Shown here piece after piece: positions 28,904 through 38,037 of a stretch of DNA of 54,666 nt. The notes below the pieces were generated by a model. The model was not told the origin of the DNA, did not search any database, and saw nothing but the letters and a program-made list of their open reading frames with translations. Position 1 is the stretch's first letter. Every line of letters starts with the position of its first letter. The DNA is from Actinomycetota bacterium (lineage in GTDB: Bacteria > Actinomycetota > CADDZG01 > JAHWKV01 > JAOPZY01): the NCBI GenBank assembly GCA_036495025.1, contig DASXNO010000196.1:1-54666 (forward strand), written 5' to 3'. The position numbers and the translations under genes are program-made.

Positions 28904-29779
28904 GTGAGCGCAATCCCGCCACCGCCGGCCCCCGCAACGGCGTACCCGGCCAGGAAAAACCCGCTGGGGACGCCCGCCACGGTGGAGCTCTGCTACGTCG
29001 CGGCCTTCATCGCCGTCGAGCTCCTTGGGCTCGTCGACCCCCTCATCACGGCGTTCGGGGACGCGATCCTCGTCGCGACGCTCGTCAACCACTACATCCT
29101 CACCGAGCGGGACCACCGTCAGCCGCTCCTGTTGGCTCTTGCCGTCGTCTGCCTCTACCGGCTCCTGGCGTTCACCCCGTTTCCCACGATCGACTTCACC
29201 AACCACCTCGTGCTCGCCGGCGCTCCCGCGCTGCTGGCGACGGTCCTGGCCCTGCGCTTATCCGGTGCCTTGAGGGGCACCTCGGGGCGCCTCCTTCATG
29301 GGCCCGGCGTCCGGGCGGTCGGGGAGGCCCTCCTGCCGAAGATGCTGCCCTGGCAGCTCCTCGTCGCGGCATCGGGCATCCCGCTCTCCTTCGCCGCCTT
29401 CGAGCTCCTGAAACCGGGCTTCGTGGTCACGTTCTCCCACCCCGGAGAGCACCCGGCCGCCGTGGCAGGTGTTGTGATCGCCCTGGCGGTGTTCTCGGGA
29501 CTGGGCGAGGAGTTGCTCTTCCGCGTCCTCCTGCACGGCGAGGCAAGGACCAGCTTCGGGCCCGCTGCCCTCTATGTGAGCTCGGCGGTGTTCGGCGCCG
29601 CCTACGTCGGCACCCGGTCGATCCCCTTCGTGCTGTTCGTGGTGGCGGTCGGGGCGTTCTTCGGCTGGTGCTACGAGCACACTGGCTCGATCCTCGGCTC
29701 TGCGGTCGCGCATGGCCTCATCAGCATCGGGGTCTTCGTGTTCTGGCCGTCGCTCGGCAGCCACATCCCGCACCTGTAG
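28904..29779 (+). CDS. CPBP-family intramembrane glutamic endopeptidase (CAAX protease/Abi type)
   Basis: Contains GLGEELLFRVLL (EExxxR), FGAAY and SAVAHGLIS (HxxxN/S-like). GTG 28904 lies 7 nt after the upstream stop. Confidence 0.8.
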   Translation: MSAIPPPPAPATAYPARKNPLGTPATVELCYVAAFIAVELLGLVDPLITAFGDAILVATLVNHYILTERDHRQPLLLALAVVCLYRLLAFTPFPTIDFTNHLVLAGAPALLATVLALRLSGALRGTSGRLLHGPGVRAVGEALLPKMLPWQLLVAASGIPLSFAAFELLKPGFVVTFSHPGEHPAAVAGVVIALAVFSGLGEELLFRVLLHGEARTSFGPAALYVSSAVFGAAYVGTRSIPFVLFVVAVGAFFGWCYEHTGSILGSAVAHGLISIGVFVFWPSLGSHIPHL

Positions 29780-29819
29780 GAAACGGGCGGGACGCCAGCA
29801 GGACGCCTGGCGGGGCCCC

Positions 29820-31058
29820 TCAGCGGTAGTTGCCGGTGTGACCCAGGCTGATCTTGCCGGGCTGCGGGAACACGCAGAGTCCGTGGGGCCCCTTGCCGAC
29901 GGGGATCCGCTTCAGTGCCCCGGTCGTGGTGTTGATGACGTAGACCTCGGAGTTGTACCGCCCGGAGAGCCAGAGCTCGCTGCCGTCGGCGGAGACCCCC
30001 CCCATGTCGGGGCTCCCGCCGGGCACGGGCCAGGTGGCGACGATCTGGCGGGTGGCGTAGTCGATGACCGAGATGGTCCCTGCCAGGCGGTTCGACACGT
30101 AGAGCTGGGTGGCATCCCGGCTCGGGTACATGCCATGCGTGCCGGCGCCTGTCGGCAGGAAGCTGAGTTGCTGCAGGGTGGCGGCGTCCATGATCTCGAG
30201 GCCGCCCAGGTCCTGGTCGGCGACGTAGAACACCTTCCCGTCCGCCGAGAGCCGGATGTCCTGGGGCGATTTCCCGGCGGCGACGACCTGGGTGACCTGC
30301 ATGGTCGCGACGTCGACCCGCACGAGCTGGCCGGACCCCTCGCAACTCACGACCAGTGAGGAGCCGTCGGCGGTGAAGTCCATGTGGTTGGGGAACATGC
30401 AGGGCAGCTTGAGCCGCTTGATCAGGACCCACGTGTGCGGGTCACGGAAGTCGAGGCTGGAGAACTTCTCGGGGACGACGATCGCCCGGGCGCCGTCGGG
30501 GGTGAAGTAGAGGTTGTAGGGGTCGATGACCGGGATCGGTGCCCCGGGCTTGCCCGTCTTGGGGTCGATGGGGGTGAGGGCGTTGCCGTTGTCGCTGTTG
30601 ACGTAGAGCGTCTTCATGTCCGGCGACGGCACGACGTGCTGGGGGCGGGCGGGGACCGGGAAGGTCGAGATGATCTTGTAGGTGGCCGGGTCGATGACGT
30701 TCACGACGTTGGACTCGGTGTCGGGGACGTACACGAGGGAGGGGTCCCCCGCGACCTTGGGGCTCAGCATGCCGGCGGCATCGTTGGCATAGACGTTGAT
30801 GGGACGGGGAGGTGCCGCGGGAGGCGGGGTGGTCACGCTTCGGGCCGGGGTGCCCGTCGCGGGATTGGAGGCGTTCACCCGGTGGCCGTCGTCGCGGCCC
30901 ACGACGAAGGCGACGAAGGTGACGGCCACAACGATCGCGACGAGCGCAGCCCCGAGGCGCACGCGTCGCCAGAGGAAAGTCCGCCGAGAGATGGTGGTGC
31001 GTGGTGTCACGGGCGACAGTCTGACGCGACCTACCCCCACGCGCGCAAGTCGCCGCAC
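29820..31058 (-). CDS. YVTN-family beta-propeller repeat protein with an N-terminal membrane anchor
   Basis: The N-terminal TM segment is LGAALVAIVVAVTFVAFVV. Blocks of the type LYVSNRLAGTISVIDYAT and YVINTTTGALKRIPVGKGPHG recur. Confidence 0.8.
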   Translation of the reverse strand: MRRLARVGVGRVRLSPVTPRTTISRRTFLWRRVRLGAALVAIVVAVTFVAFVVGRDDGHRVNASNPATGTPARSVTTPPPAAPPRPINVYANDAAGMLSPKVAGDPSLVYVPDTESNVVNVIDPATYKIISTFPVPARPQHVVPSPDMKTLYVNSDNGNALTPIDPKTGKPGAPIPVIDPYNLYFTPDGARAIVVPEKFSSLDFRDPHTWVLIKRLKLPCMFPNHMDFTADGSSLVVSCEGSGQLVRVDVATMQVTQVVAAGKSPQDIRLSADGKVFYVADQDLGGLEIMDAATLQQLSFLPTGAGTHGMYPSRDATQLYVSNRLAGTISVIDYATRQIVATWPVPGGSPDMGGVSADGSELWLSGRYNSEVYVINTTTGALKRIPVGKGPHGLCVFPQPGKISLGHTGNYR

Positions 31059-31180
31059 AGGGGCCGCTCAGGCGCCGGGCCGCCCTGCTCTCGGGCTCCG
31101 CTCAGGGCCCCGACCAGGGTCCACGGCAGGTAGGCTCCTGAAGCGATGATCCTTCGACGGCCGCCGGCGCTGCGGGGAGG

Positions 31181-32743
31181 ATGACCAACTCCGCCCGTGT
31201 CGTGAGGGGCTTCCTCGCCGCCGTGGCGTCCCTTGCCGTCCTCGTCGGCGCCGGGTACCTCGGCGCGGCCCTCCTCCACGCCGGCCCGGCTCCGCTCTCG
31301 GCGGCCGGCACCAGGCCCACGCCCACGGCCGCCGTCAACCCCGTCGTCGCCGAGAACCAGCACGCCGGCACGACGGACTGGCGCATCAAGGACGTCGCGG
31401 CCTCCCGGGGCATCGAGGGCTACGCCGATCATGTCAGCGCCCACGTTGGGGACACCGTGAACCTCTACGTCTCCACGTCGGCTGCCCGGTACCGGGTGCA
31501 GGCCTTCCGGATGGGCTACTACGGCGGGCTCGGGGGCCGGCTGATCTGGCAGTCATCGCCGCAGCGGGGGGGCCTGCAGGTGACGCCGACCGTCCAGGCC
31601 CCCACCTTCCTCGCGGAAGCGAAATGGACGCCGACCACGACCATCCACGTCGACGCGGCGTGGCCACCAGGCGACTACCTCCTCAAGCTTGCCGGCGACG
31701 GGGGCCAGCAGCGCTATGTTCCGCTCACCGTCGTCGACGATACCTCCACGGCCGATCTGGTCATCCAGAACGCCGTCACGACGTGGCAGGCCTACAACAA
31801 CTGGGGTGGCTACAACCTCTACAACGGCCCGGACCAGACGTTCGCCAGCCGGTCCCGGATTGTCTCGTTCGACCGCCCCTATGCCGGAGACGGCTCTGGG
31901 GACTTTCTCGGCAACGAGTTTCCCCTTGTCTACTTTGCGGAGTCCTACGGCCTCGACGTCACCTACTGGACCGACATCGACCTGCACGAGCGGGGGGCAC
32001 AGCTCCTCGGCAACCACCGGGCACTGGTCACGCTCGGCCACGACGAGTACTGGACGCGCCCCATGCGGGCGGCAGCCACGGACGGCCGGGACAGGGGAGT
32101 GAACCTGGCGTTCCTCGGCGCCAACGCCGTCTTCCGCCAGATCCGGCTCGAGGCCTCCCCGCTCGGGTCAGACCGCCGGGTGGTGGACTACAAGGACGCA
32201 GGGGAGGATCCTCTCAATACCAGCGCGAAGGGGCTTGTCACCGTCAACTGGCGCGATCCTCCCGTCAGCCTGCCGGAGAGCTCCCTGATCGGCCAGTCGT
32301 TCGAGTGCAATCCGGCAAAGGCGAACGCGGTCGTGGTCGACGCAACGTCCTGGATCTTCGAGAACACCGGGATGCACGACGGGGACACGCTGACCGGCAT
32401 CATCGGGCCCTGGTACGACCGGGTGAACCTGGCGTACCCCACGCCGCCCAACCTCGAGGTGGTGATGCACTCCCCGGTGTCGTGCCCGACGCTGGGCGCC
32501 AGTTACTCGGATATGACCTACTACACCGCCACCAGCGGTGCCGGGGTCTTCTCGACGGGGACGACGACCTGGGTGTGCGAGCTCACGGCGTCGTGCCTGC
32601 AGGACCCCCGGCCCCACCCCGACCTGACGGTGCTGCAGGTCACTCGCAACGTGCTCCTCGCCTTTGGCGCGGGGCCCGCCGGGCAGGCGCATCCCTCGAA
32701 GCCCAATGTGGCTGCCTTGCAGATCGACCATCCGAAGAAATGA
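31181..32743 (+). CDS. exported N,N-dimethylformamidase beta-subunit-like (DUF6605-type) protein
   Basis: Signal-like N-terminus. Contains NPVVAENQHAGTTDWRI, WQAYNNWGGYNLY and LVTLGHDEYWT, as I recall for DMFase-large-subunit-like proteins. The family call is from memory. Confidence 0.6.
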   Translation: MTNSARVVRGFLAAVASLAVLVGAGYLGAALLHAGPAPLSAAGTRPTPTAAVNPVVAENQHAGTTDWRIKDVAASRGIEGYADHVSAHVGDTVNLYVSTSAARYRVQAFRMGYYGGLGGRLIWQSSPQRGGLQVTPTVQAPTFLAEAKWTPTTTIHVDAAWPPGDYLLKLAGDGGQQRYVPLTVVDDTSTADLVIQNAVTTWQAYNNWGGYNLYNGPDQTFASRSRIVSFDRPYAGDGSGDFLGNEFPLVYFAESYGLDVTYWTDIDLHERGAQLLGNHRALVTLGHDEYWTRPMRAAATDGRDRGVNLAFLGANAVFRQIRLEASPLGSDRRVVDYKDAGEDPLNTSAKGLVTVNWRDPPVSLPESSLIGQSFECNPAKANAVVVDATSWIFENTGMHDGDTLTGIIGPWYDRVNLAYPTPPNLEVVMHSPVSCPTLGASYSDMTYYTATSGAGVFSTGTTTWVCELTASCLQDPRPHPDLTVLQVTRNVLLAFGAGPAGQAHPSKPNVAALQIDHPKK

Positions 32744-32767
32744 AGAAGAAGCACGAAGCAACAAAAA

Positions 32768-32792
32768 GAGCCAACCCCCCCCGGGCCGGCTC
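32768..32792. terminator. weak hairpin between convergent genes; possible bidirectional terminator
   Basis: aaaaaGAGCCaacccccccgggccGGCTCcttttg. The outer stem is short, with an A-run on one side and a T-run on the other. Confidence 0.3.
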
Positions 32793-32833
32793 CTTTTGCA
32801 CTACATTTTGTTGCGACTATTGTTTGTCGTTGC

Positions 32834-33835
32834 TCAGGAAGACTGTCCCGGTACCTGAGAGCAACGAGACGACCTGGCTACCGCCGGCGCGATCCCGTTC
32901 GTCTCCAGCCGGGAGAAGCGAGCCCGGACGATGGTCGAGAGCACCCGCAGGCCGTCCCGCACGGGGTGGAGGTGCGACACGCCGTTCAGCCGCTCCGCCT
33001 CGTGGCTCGGGATCTCGGCGATGCGCAGGCCCCGCCGCAGCGAGTTGACCACGATCTCGGTCTCGATCTCGAAGCCGTCGGACGTGAGCTCCATCGCGGG
33101 CACCGACGTGCGCCGCAGGGCCATGAAGCCGTAGCAGAGCTCGGTGAAGTCCGCGGAGTAGAGGAGGTTGACCAGGCTGCGCAGGCAGAAGTTGCCCAGC
33201 AGCCGGGTCGGCGTCAGATCGGTCGAGCCGCCGGTCGCCCGGGAGCCCTTCACGAGGTCGTAGCCCTCGTTGACGGCCCGGACGTAGTTCTCGATCTCGG
33301 CCGGATCCATGCTCCCGTCGGCGTCGATCATGACGATGACCTCGCAGGTTGCCCTGGCGAACCCGGTCCGCAGGGCCACGCCCTTCCCCTTGCGGAGCTC
33401 CGTGACGACCACGACGTCCGGGCGGAGTGTCCTGGCCACCTCGACCGTGCGGTCCCCGGACCCGCCGTCGACCACGATGACCTCCTCGACGCAGGCGGGC
33501 ACCCGCTGCAGCACCCAGCCGATGTTGGCCTCCTCGTTCAGCGTCGGGATCACCAGGCTGACCGACGGGAGCTTGACGGGGGGGGTCGCCAGGTCGTCGG
33601 TGAGCTCGGCAACCTCGGCTTCGAACGCCAGGTCGCTGCCGAGCGGCGTGGGACGGTCTTCGAGGGCGATGACATGGTCGATGTCCTCGACGAGTGCGCC
33701 CGCTCCCGCTGCAAGCCGCCGAGACGGTGCTGCTGCGTCGTCGAGAGCGAGATCGAGCCCCATGGGCTCGACGTCCTCGTAACGCCGGCGGCGAGGGGCA
33801 AGAAACAGAAGGCGGTTCGACGGGATCAGTGACAT
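32834..33835 (-). CDS. family 2 glycosyltransferase, polyprenyl-phosphate sugar synthase type (DPM1/GtrB-like)
   Basis: Contains VSLVIPTLNEEANI...VIVVDGGSGDRT...KGKGVALRTG...IVMIDADGS and FEIETEI. ATG 33835 was chosen because the track extension up to 33925 is AT3-rich and looks non-coding. Confidence 0.85.
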   Translation of the reverse strand: MSLIPSNRLLFLAPRRRRYEDVEPMGLDLALDDAAAPSRRLAAGAGALVEDIDHVIALEDRPTPLGSDLAFEAEVAELTDDLATPPVKLPSVSLVIPTLNEEANIGWVLQRVPACVEEVIVVDGGSGDRTVEVARTLRPDVVVVTELRKGKGVALRTGFARATCEVIVMIDADGSMDPAEIENYVRAVNEGYDLVKGSRATGGSTDLTPTRLLGNFCLRSLVNLLYSADFTELCYGFMALRRTSVPAMELTSDGFEIETEIVVNSLRRGLRIAEIPSHEAERLNGVSHLHPVRDGLRVLSTIVRARFSRLETNGIAPAVARSSRCSQVPGQSS

Positions 33836-34419
33836 GGGAACGGTCCCCCCCGGGTCCTTTTTGGGCTCAGAGCCCTTGGTAGTGTTTCCACAAACAAACT
33901 TACTTTTATTTCCCGTAGTGTTCAAGTTAGCGTTCTGTCATTTAATGGCTGTCAATGCAGCCAAGCTTCCGGTATTGGCCGACATTAATAGCGCGATTTG
34001 ATTGCGATCGCTCGCGGCGAGCGTGGACGAGGTGGATGCCGGCGGGCGCGTCCGGCTGTGCAATGGCGTCATCCGGTCGAGCGACATGTCCCTCCCCCCT
34101 GAAGCTCCTCAGAGACGGCTCCGGACCTCGTCGGGTCCCCGGAACCGCCTCGCCCCCCCGTCGGTGCTCCTGCGCCACTCGGCGTCAGCAGTGCCTGGGG
34201 TAGTTCCGTCGCTCCGTGTGACCACCCAGGTGCGTCATCCGGCGGTGGCCACTTCTCACTAAGTACTTCCCCTTCGTTCACGATGCTCGGGAAAGGTGGG
34301 GCTGAACTTGAGTTAAAATTCTTTAAGGTGAGCTAGGCAATTCGACGGGCTGCTGAGCTATGTTAGGAATGCCTGCCTGATCCTACCCGTCCCGGGCCGT
34401 TGTGGTAGAGATGCCTGTG

Positions 34420-34448
34420 TAGACTGGTCACAGCCGCACTGTTATAGT
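34420..34448 (+). promoter_or_regulatory. candidate promoter for the infA-rpmJ-rpsM... operon
   Basis: TAGACT (34420-34425), a 17-nt spacer, then TATAGT (34443-34448), about 160 nt upstream of infA within a low-GC spacer. Called on hexamers only. Confidence 0.3.
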
Positions 34449-34606
34449 TCGGGGTCTGCTCCGGCGGGTCCCTTCCAGCCTCGGCCAGTCGCTCGACCAT
34501 CCATTCGGGTCAGGCGGGGAGGACGGCGCTGGAACGTTGCGCGCGCCGCAGACCTTGAGCCTGGCAGGGTGGGAGGGTGGCATTCCGGGCTGGACACGAG
34601 GTGGAC

Positions 34607-34843
34607 ATGGCAAAGGGAAAATCGGCGGGAAAAGAAGATGTCATCGAGGTGGAGGGCTCGGTTATCGAGACCCTTCCCAACGCGATGTTCCGCGTCGAGA
34701 TCCCGGGCGGCCACAAGGTCCTTGCCCACATTGGCGGCAAGATGCGCATGAACTACATCCGGGTGCTGCCCGGGGACCGGGTGCTGGTGGAGCTGTCGCC
34801 CTACGACCTGACCCGGGGCCGGATAATCTTCCGGTACCGTTGA
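34607..34843 (+). CDS. infA: translation initiation factor IF-1
   Basis: Contains [31 protein letters not shown]...[17 protein letters not shown] 34607 is preceded by gaggtgg. Confidence 0.96.
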   Translation: MAKGKSAGKEDVIEVEGSVIETLPNAMFRVEIPGGHKVLAHIGGKMRMNYIRVLPGDRVLVELSPYDLTRGRIIFRYR

Positions 34844-34868
34844 GAGACTGACAAAAGGACCAAGCGCG

Positions 34869-34982
34869 ATGAAGGTGAATCCGAGCGTCAAGCGGATGTG
34901 CGAGAAGTGCAAGATCGTGCGCCGGCACGGACGCGTCGTCGTGATCTGCACCAACCCCCGCCACAAGCAGAGGCAGGGATAG
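34869..34982 (+). CDS. rpmJ: 50S ribosomal protein L36 (zinc-binding form)
   Basis: Too short for the ORF track. Hand translation gives [37 protein letters not shown], 37 aa. Confidence 0.95.
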   Translation: MKVNPSVKRMCEKCKIVRRHGRVVVICTNPRHKQRQG

Positions 34983-35360
34983 ATGGCACGGATCTCCGGC
35001 GTCGACCTGCCCCGCGACAAGCGGCTCGAGATCGGGCTGACCTATATCTATGGGATCGGCCCGACCCGGGCCGTGGAGATCACCCGCGGGGCGATGGTCA
35101 GCGGGCACACCCGAGTCCGGGACCTCTCCGAGGACGAGATCGTTCGGCTGCGCGGGTTCATCGACGCCCACTTCAAGGTCGAGGGCGACCTGCGCCGCGA
35201 AGAGGGCCAGAACATCAAGCGCAAGATCGAGATCGCCTGCTACCAGGGCCTCCGGCACCGCCGGAGCCTTCCGGTGCACGGCCAGCGGACCCACACGAAC
35301 GCACGGACCCGCAAGGGACCCAAGAAGACCGTGGGCGTCAAGCGGAAGAAGGGGAAGTAG
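34983..35360 (+). CDS. rpsM: 30S ribosomal protein S13
   Basis: Contains [26 protein letters not shown]. Confidence 0.97.
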   Translation: MARISGVDLPRDKRLEIGLTYIYGIGPTRAVEITRGAMVSGHTRVRDLSEDEIVRLRGFIDAHFKVEGDLRREEGQNIKRKIEIACYQGLRHRRSLPVHGQRTHTNARTRKGPKKTVGVKRKKGK

Positions 35361-35367
35361 AAGCCGA

Positions 35368-35754
35368 ATGCCAAAAGCAAAGAAGCCCAAGCGCAAAGAG
35401 AAGAAGAACATCGTCCACGGGCAGGCCCACATCAAGTCGACGTTCAACAACACGATCGTCACGATCACCGACGGGGCCGGCAATGCCCTGTCGTGGGCGT
35501 CCGCCGGGAACGTTGGTTTCAAGGGATCCCGGAAGTCGACGCCGTTTGCCGCCCAGCTTGCCGCCGAGGCAGCCAGCCGGCGCGCCCAGGAGCACGGGGT
35601 GCGCAAGGTCGACGTGTTCGTGAAGGGCCCGGGGGCCGGGAGGGAGACCGCCATCCGGTCCCTGCAGGCATCCGGACTCGAGATCCTCGGCATCATGGAC
35701 TCGACGCCGGTTCCGCACAACGGGTGCCGCCCCCGCAAGCGGCGGAGGGTGTGA
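35368..35754 (+). CDS. rpsK: 30S ribosomal protein S11
   Basis: Contains [41 protein letters not shown]. The ATG at 35368 lies inside track ORF 35050..35754. Confidence 0.96.
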   Translation: MPKAKKPKRKEKKNIVHGQAHIKSTFNNTIVTITDGAGNALSWASAGNVGFKGSRKSTPFAAQLAAEAASRRAQEHGVRKVDVFVKGPGAGRETAIRSLQASGLEILGIMDSTPVPHNGCRPRKRRRV

Positions 35755-35788
35755 TGCGCGGAGCACAACAGAAGGGCGGAGCTTAGAG

Positions 35789-36415
35789 ATGGCACGCTAC
35801 ACCGGGCCGGTCTGCCGGCTCTGCCGCCGTGAACGGATGAAGCTCTTCCTGAAGGGCACGCGCTGCATGGGGCCGAAGTGCGCCATCGAGCGGCGTCCCT
35901 ACCCGCCGGGCCAGCATGGCCGGGGCCGCATCAAGGAGAGCGAGTACCTCGTCCAGCTCCGTGAGAAGCAGAAGGCGCGCCGCATCTACGGCGTCCTCGA
36001 AAAGCAGTTCCGCGGCTACTACGAGGAAGCCACCCGCGCCAAGGGGGTCACCGGCACGCGCCTGCTCCAGCTCCTCGAGCTGCGGCTGGACAACGTGGTG
36101 TACCGGGGCGGCCTCGCCATGAGCCGCGACCAGGCCCGCCAGTTCGTCACGCACGGCCACTTCCAGGTCAACGGCCGGAAGGTCGACATCCCGTCGTACC
36201 GGGTCAAGGCCGGCGACGTCGTGGCGGTCCGGGAACGGTCCCGCTCCGTGGGTCGTATCGTGGAGGCCGCAGCGTTCGCCGCCGGGCGCCACGTCCCCGA
36301 CTGGCTGATCCTTGAGGCAGGCGAGCTCAAGATCTCGGTCGTGTCGGAGCCGGCCCGCGAGCTGATCGACGTGCCGGTGCAGGAGCAGATGATCGTCGAG
36401 CTGTACAGCAAGTAG
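35789..36415 (+). CDS. rpsD: 30S ribosomal protein S4
   Basis: Contains [23 protein letters not shown] and an S4 domain (RLDNVVYR). Confidence 0.97.
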   Translation: MARYTGPVCRLCRRERMKLFLKGTRCMGPKCAIERRPYPPGQHGRGRIKESEYLVQLREKQKARRIYGVLEKQFRGYYEEATRAKGVTGTRLLQLLELRLDNVVYRGGLAMSRDQARQFVTHGHFQVNGRKVDIPSYRVKAGDVVAVRERSRSVGRIVEAAAFAAGRHVPDWLILEAGELKISVVSEPARELIDVPVQEQMIVELYSK

Positions 36416-36490
36416 GCCCGGGCAGCCAGTCCGGGCGCTTAGCCCGGCAGGCCTCAGGGCTTTATCGGGGAGAAAAGGGAAGGACTTCAC

Positions 36491-37444
36491 ATGGAATCAA
36501 GCCTGCTCATTGTTCAGCGCCCCCAGATCACCGTCGAGGAGGTCAGCGACCGCCGGGGTCGCTTCGCCATCGAGCCGCTCGAGCCGGGCTTCGGCTACAC
36601 GCTCGGCAACTCGCTTCGGCGCACCCTGATCTCGTCCATCCCCGGTGCCGCGGTCACGACCGTCCGCATCGAAGGTGTCAGCCACGAGTTCTCCAGCATC
36701 CCCGGGTGCAAGGAGGACGTCACCGACATCATCCTGAACATCAAGGACCTGGTGCTCCGCTCCGAGGTCGACGAGACGGTCACCCTCCGGGTGTCGATCT
36801 CCGGGCCGAAGGAGGTCCGGGCCGCCGACATCCAGGCGCCGCCCGAGGTCACGATCCTCAACCCGGACCTGCTGATCTGCACCCTCAACAAGCGGGGTCG
36901 CCTCGACCTCGAGATGACCGTCGAGCGGGGCCGGGGCTACGTCCAGGCGGACCGCAACAAGCCGGTCGGCGCCTCCATCGGCGTCATCCCGATCGACTCG
37001 ATCTTCTCCCCGGTCCGCCGGGTGACGTTCACGGTCGAGTCGACCCGAGTCGAGCAGAAGACCGACTACGACCGCCTCGTCGTCGACATCACCACCAACG
37101 GGAGCCTCGCCCCCAAGGAGGCCCTGTCGGCGGCCGGCGGGACCCTCGTCGAGCTCTTCCAGCTCTTCGCCGACCTCGCCCAGGGACCGGGCCTGCGCCT
37201 GGGCCCCGAGCCCGGCGAGGGCGGCCGCGGCGCCGACCTGCTCACCCCGATCGAGGACCTCGACCTCTCGGTTCGCTCCTACAACTGCCTGAAGCGAGAG
37301 GGCGTCACCACCGTCGGCCAGCTCATCGAGCGAACCGAGGAGGACCTGCTCGACATTCGCAACTTCGGGCAGAAGTCCATCGAGGAGGTCAAGCAGAAGC
37401 TCGCCGAGCTCGGTCTCGGCCTGAAGCAGCGGGAATGGAGCTGA
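36491..37444 (+). CDS. rpoA: DNA-directed RNA polymerase subunit alpha
   Basis: Contains [30 protein letters not shown] and a C-terminal domain with [15 protein letters not shown]. Confidence 0.97.
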   Translation: MESSLLIVQRPQITVEEVSDRRGRFAIEPLEPGFGYTLGNSLRRTLISSIPGAAVTTVRIEGVSHEFSSIPGCKEDVTDIILNIKDLVLRSEVDETVTLRVSISGPKEVRAADIQAPPEVTILNPDLLICTLNKRGRLDLEMTVERGRGYVQADRNKPVGASIGVIPIDSIFSPVRRVTFTVESTRVEQKTDYDRLVVDITTNGSLAPKEALSAAGGTLVELFQLFADLAQGPGLRLGPEPGEGGRGADLLTPIEDLDLSVRSYNCLKREGVTTVGQLIERTEEDLLDIRNFGQKSIEEVKQKLAELGLGLKQREWS

Positions 37445-37449
37445 CCTAG

Positions 37450-38025
37450 GTGCCCAAGCCCCCGAAGGGAGCCCGGCTCGGATCGGGACCGGCCCACGAC
37501 CGGCTGATGCTCGCCGGCCTCGCCGCCGCCCTGTTCCGGGAGGAGCGGATCCGGACCACGGAGACCAAGGCCCGGCGTCTGCGCCCGGTCGCCGAGAAGT
37601 TGATCACGACCGCCAAGGAGGGCACGATCGCCTCGCGCCGCCGCGCGCTGGCGGTGGTCGAGGACCGGGACATCGTCCACAAGCTCTTCTCCGACATCGC
37701 CCCCCGGTTCGCGGACCGCAACGGCGGCTACACGCGCATCATCAAGCTCGCACCCCGCAAGGGCGATGCGGCCCCGATGGTGCTGGTCGAGATCGTCGAG
37801 GGGGCTGCGCCCGAGGCCAAGCCCGCCGAGGAGGAGCGCCGTCGCCGGCTGCTCCGCCGCCGGGGCCGGGCCGGGCGCGACGCCGGCCGGGACCAGGGCC
37901 GAAGCGAGGAAGAGCCCGAGGAGTCGACCCCTGCTGCCGGCGCGGCGCCCGAGCCCGAACCGGTGGAAGAGGCCGCCACGGACGGCAGCGTGGCGGACGA
38001 GGAAGAGTCGCCCGCCGGCGAGTAG
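37450..38025 (+). CDS. rplQ: 50S ribosomal protein L17, with a ~70-aa charged C-terminal tail
   Basis: Contains [44 protein letters not shown]...GGYTRIIKL. Confidence 0.95.
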   Translation: MPKPPKGARLGSGPAHDRLMLAGLAAALFREERIRTTETKARRLRPVAEKLITTAKEGTIASRRRALAVVEDRDIVHKLFSDIAPRFADRNGGYTRIIKLAPRKGDAAPMVLVEIVEGAAPEAKPAEEERRRRLLRRRGRAGRDAGRDQGRSEEEPEESTPAAGAAPEPEPVEEAATDGSVADEEESPAGE

Positions 38026-38037
38026 GCGGTCGCAGCG

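Noticed and set aside
33938-34087. The 49-codon sORF as a RiPP or bacteriocin precursor, given the nearby CPBP protease, GT2 and NTase genes.
   Set aside because: The peptide has no Cys and no recognisable leader/core pattern. No RiPP maturation enzymes (cyclase, YcaO, LanM, radical SAM, lasso B/C) are present. Its 3' half is AT-rich and looks non-coding.
17066-34606. The map-infA block as a prophage, ICE or other mobile element.
   Set aside because: I saw no integrase, recombinase, transposase, tRNA target, phage structural genes or flanking direct repeats. Codon style matches the flanks.
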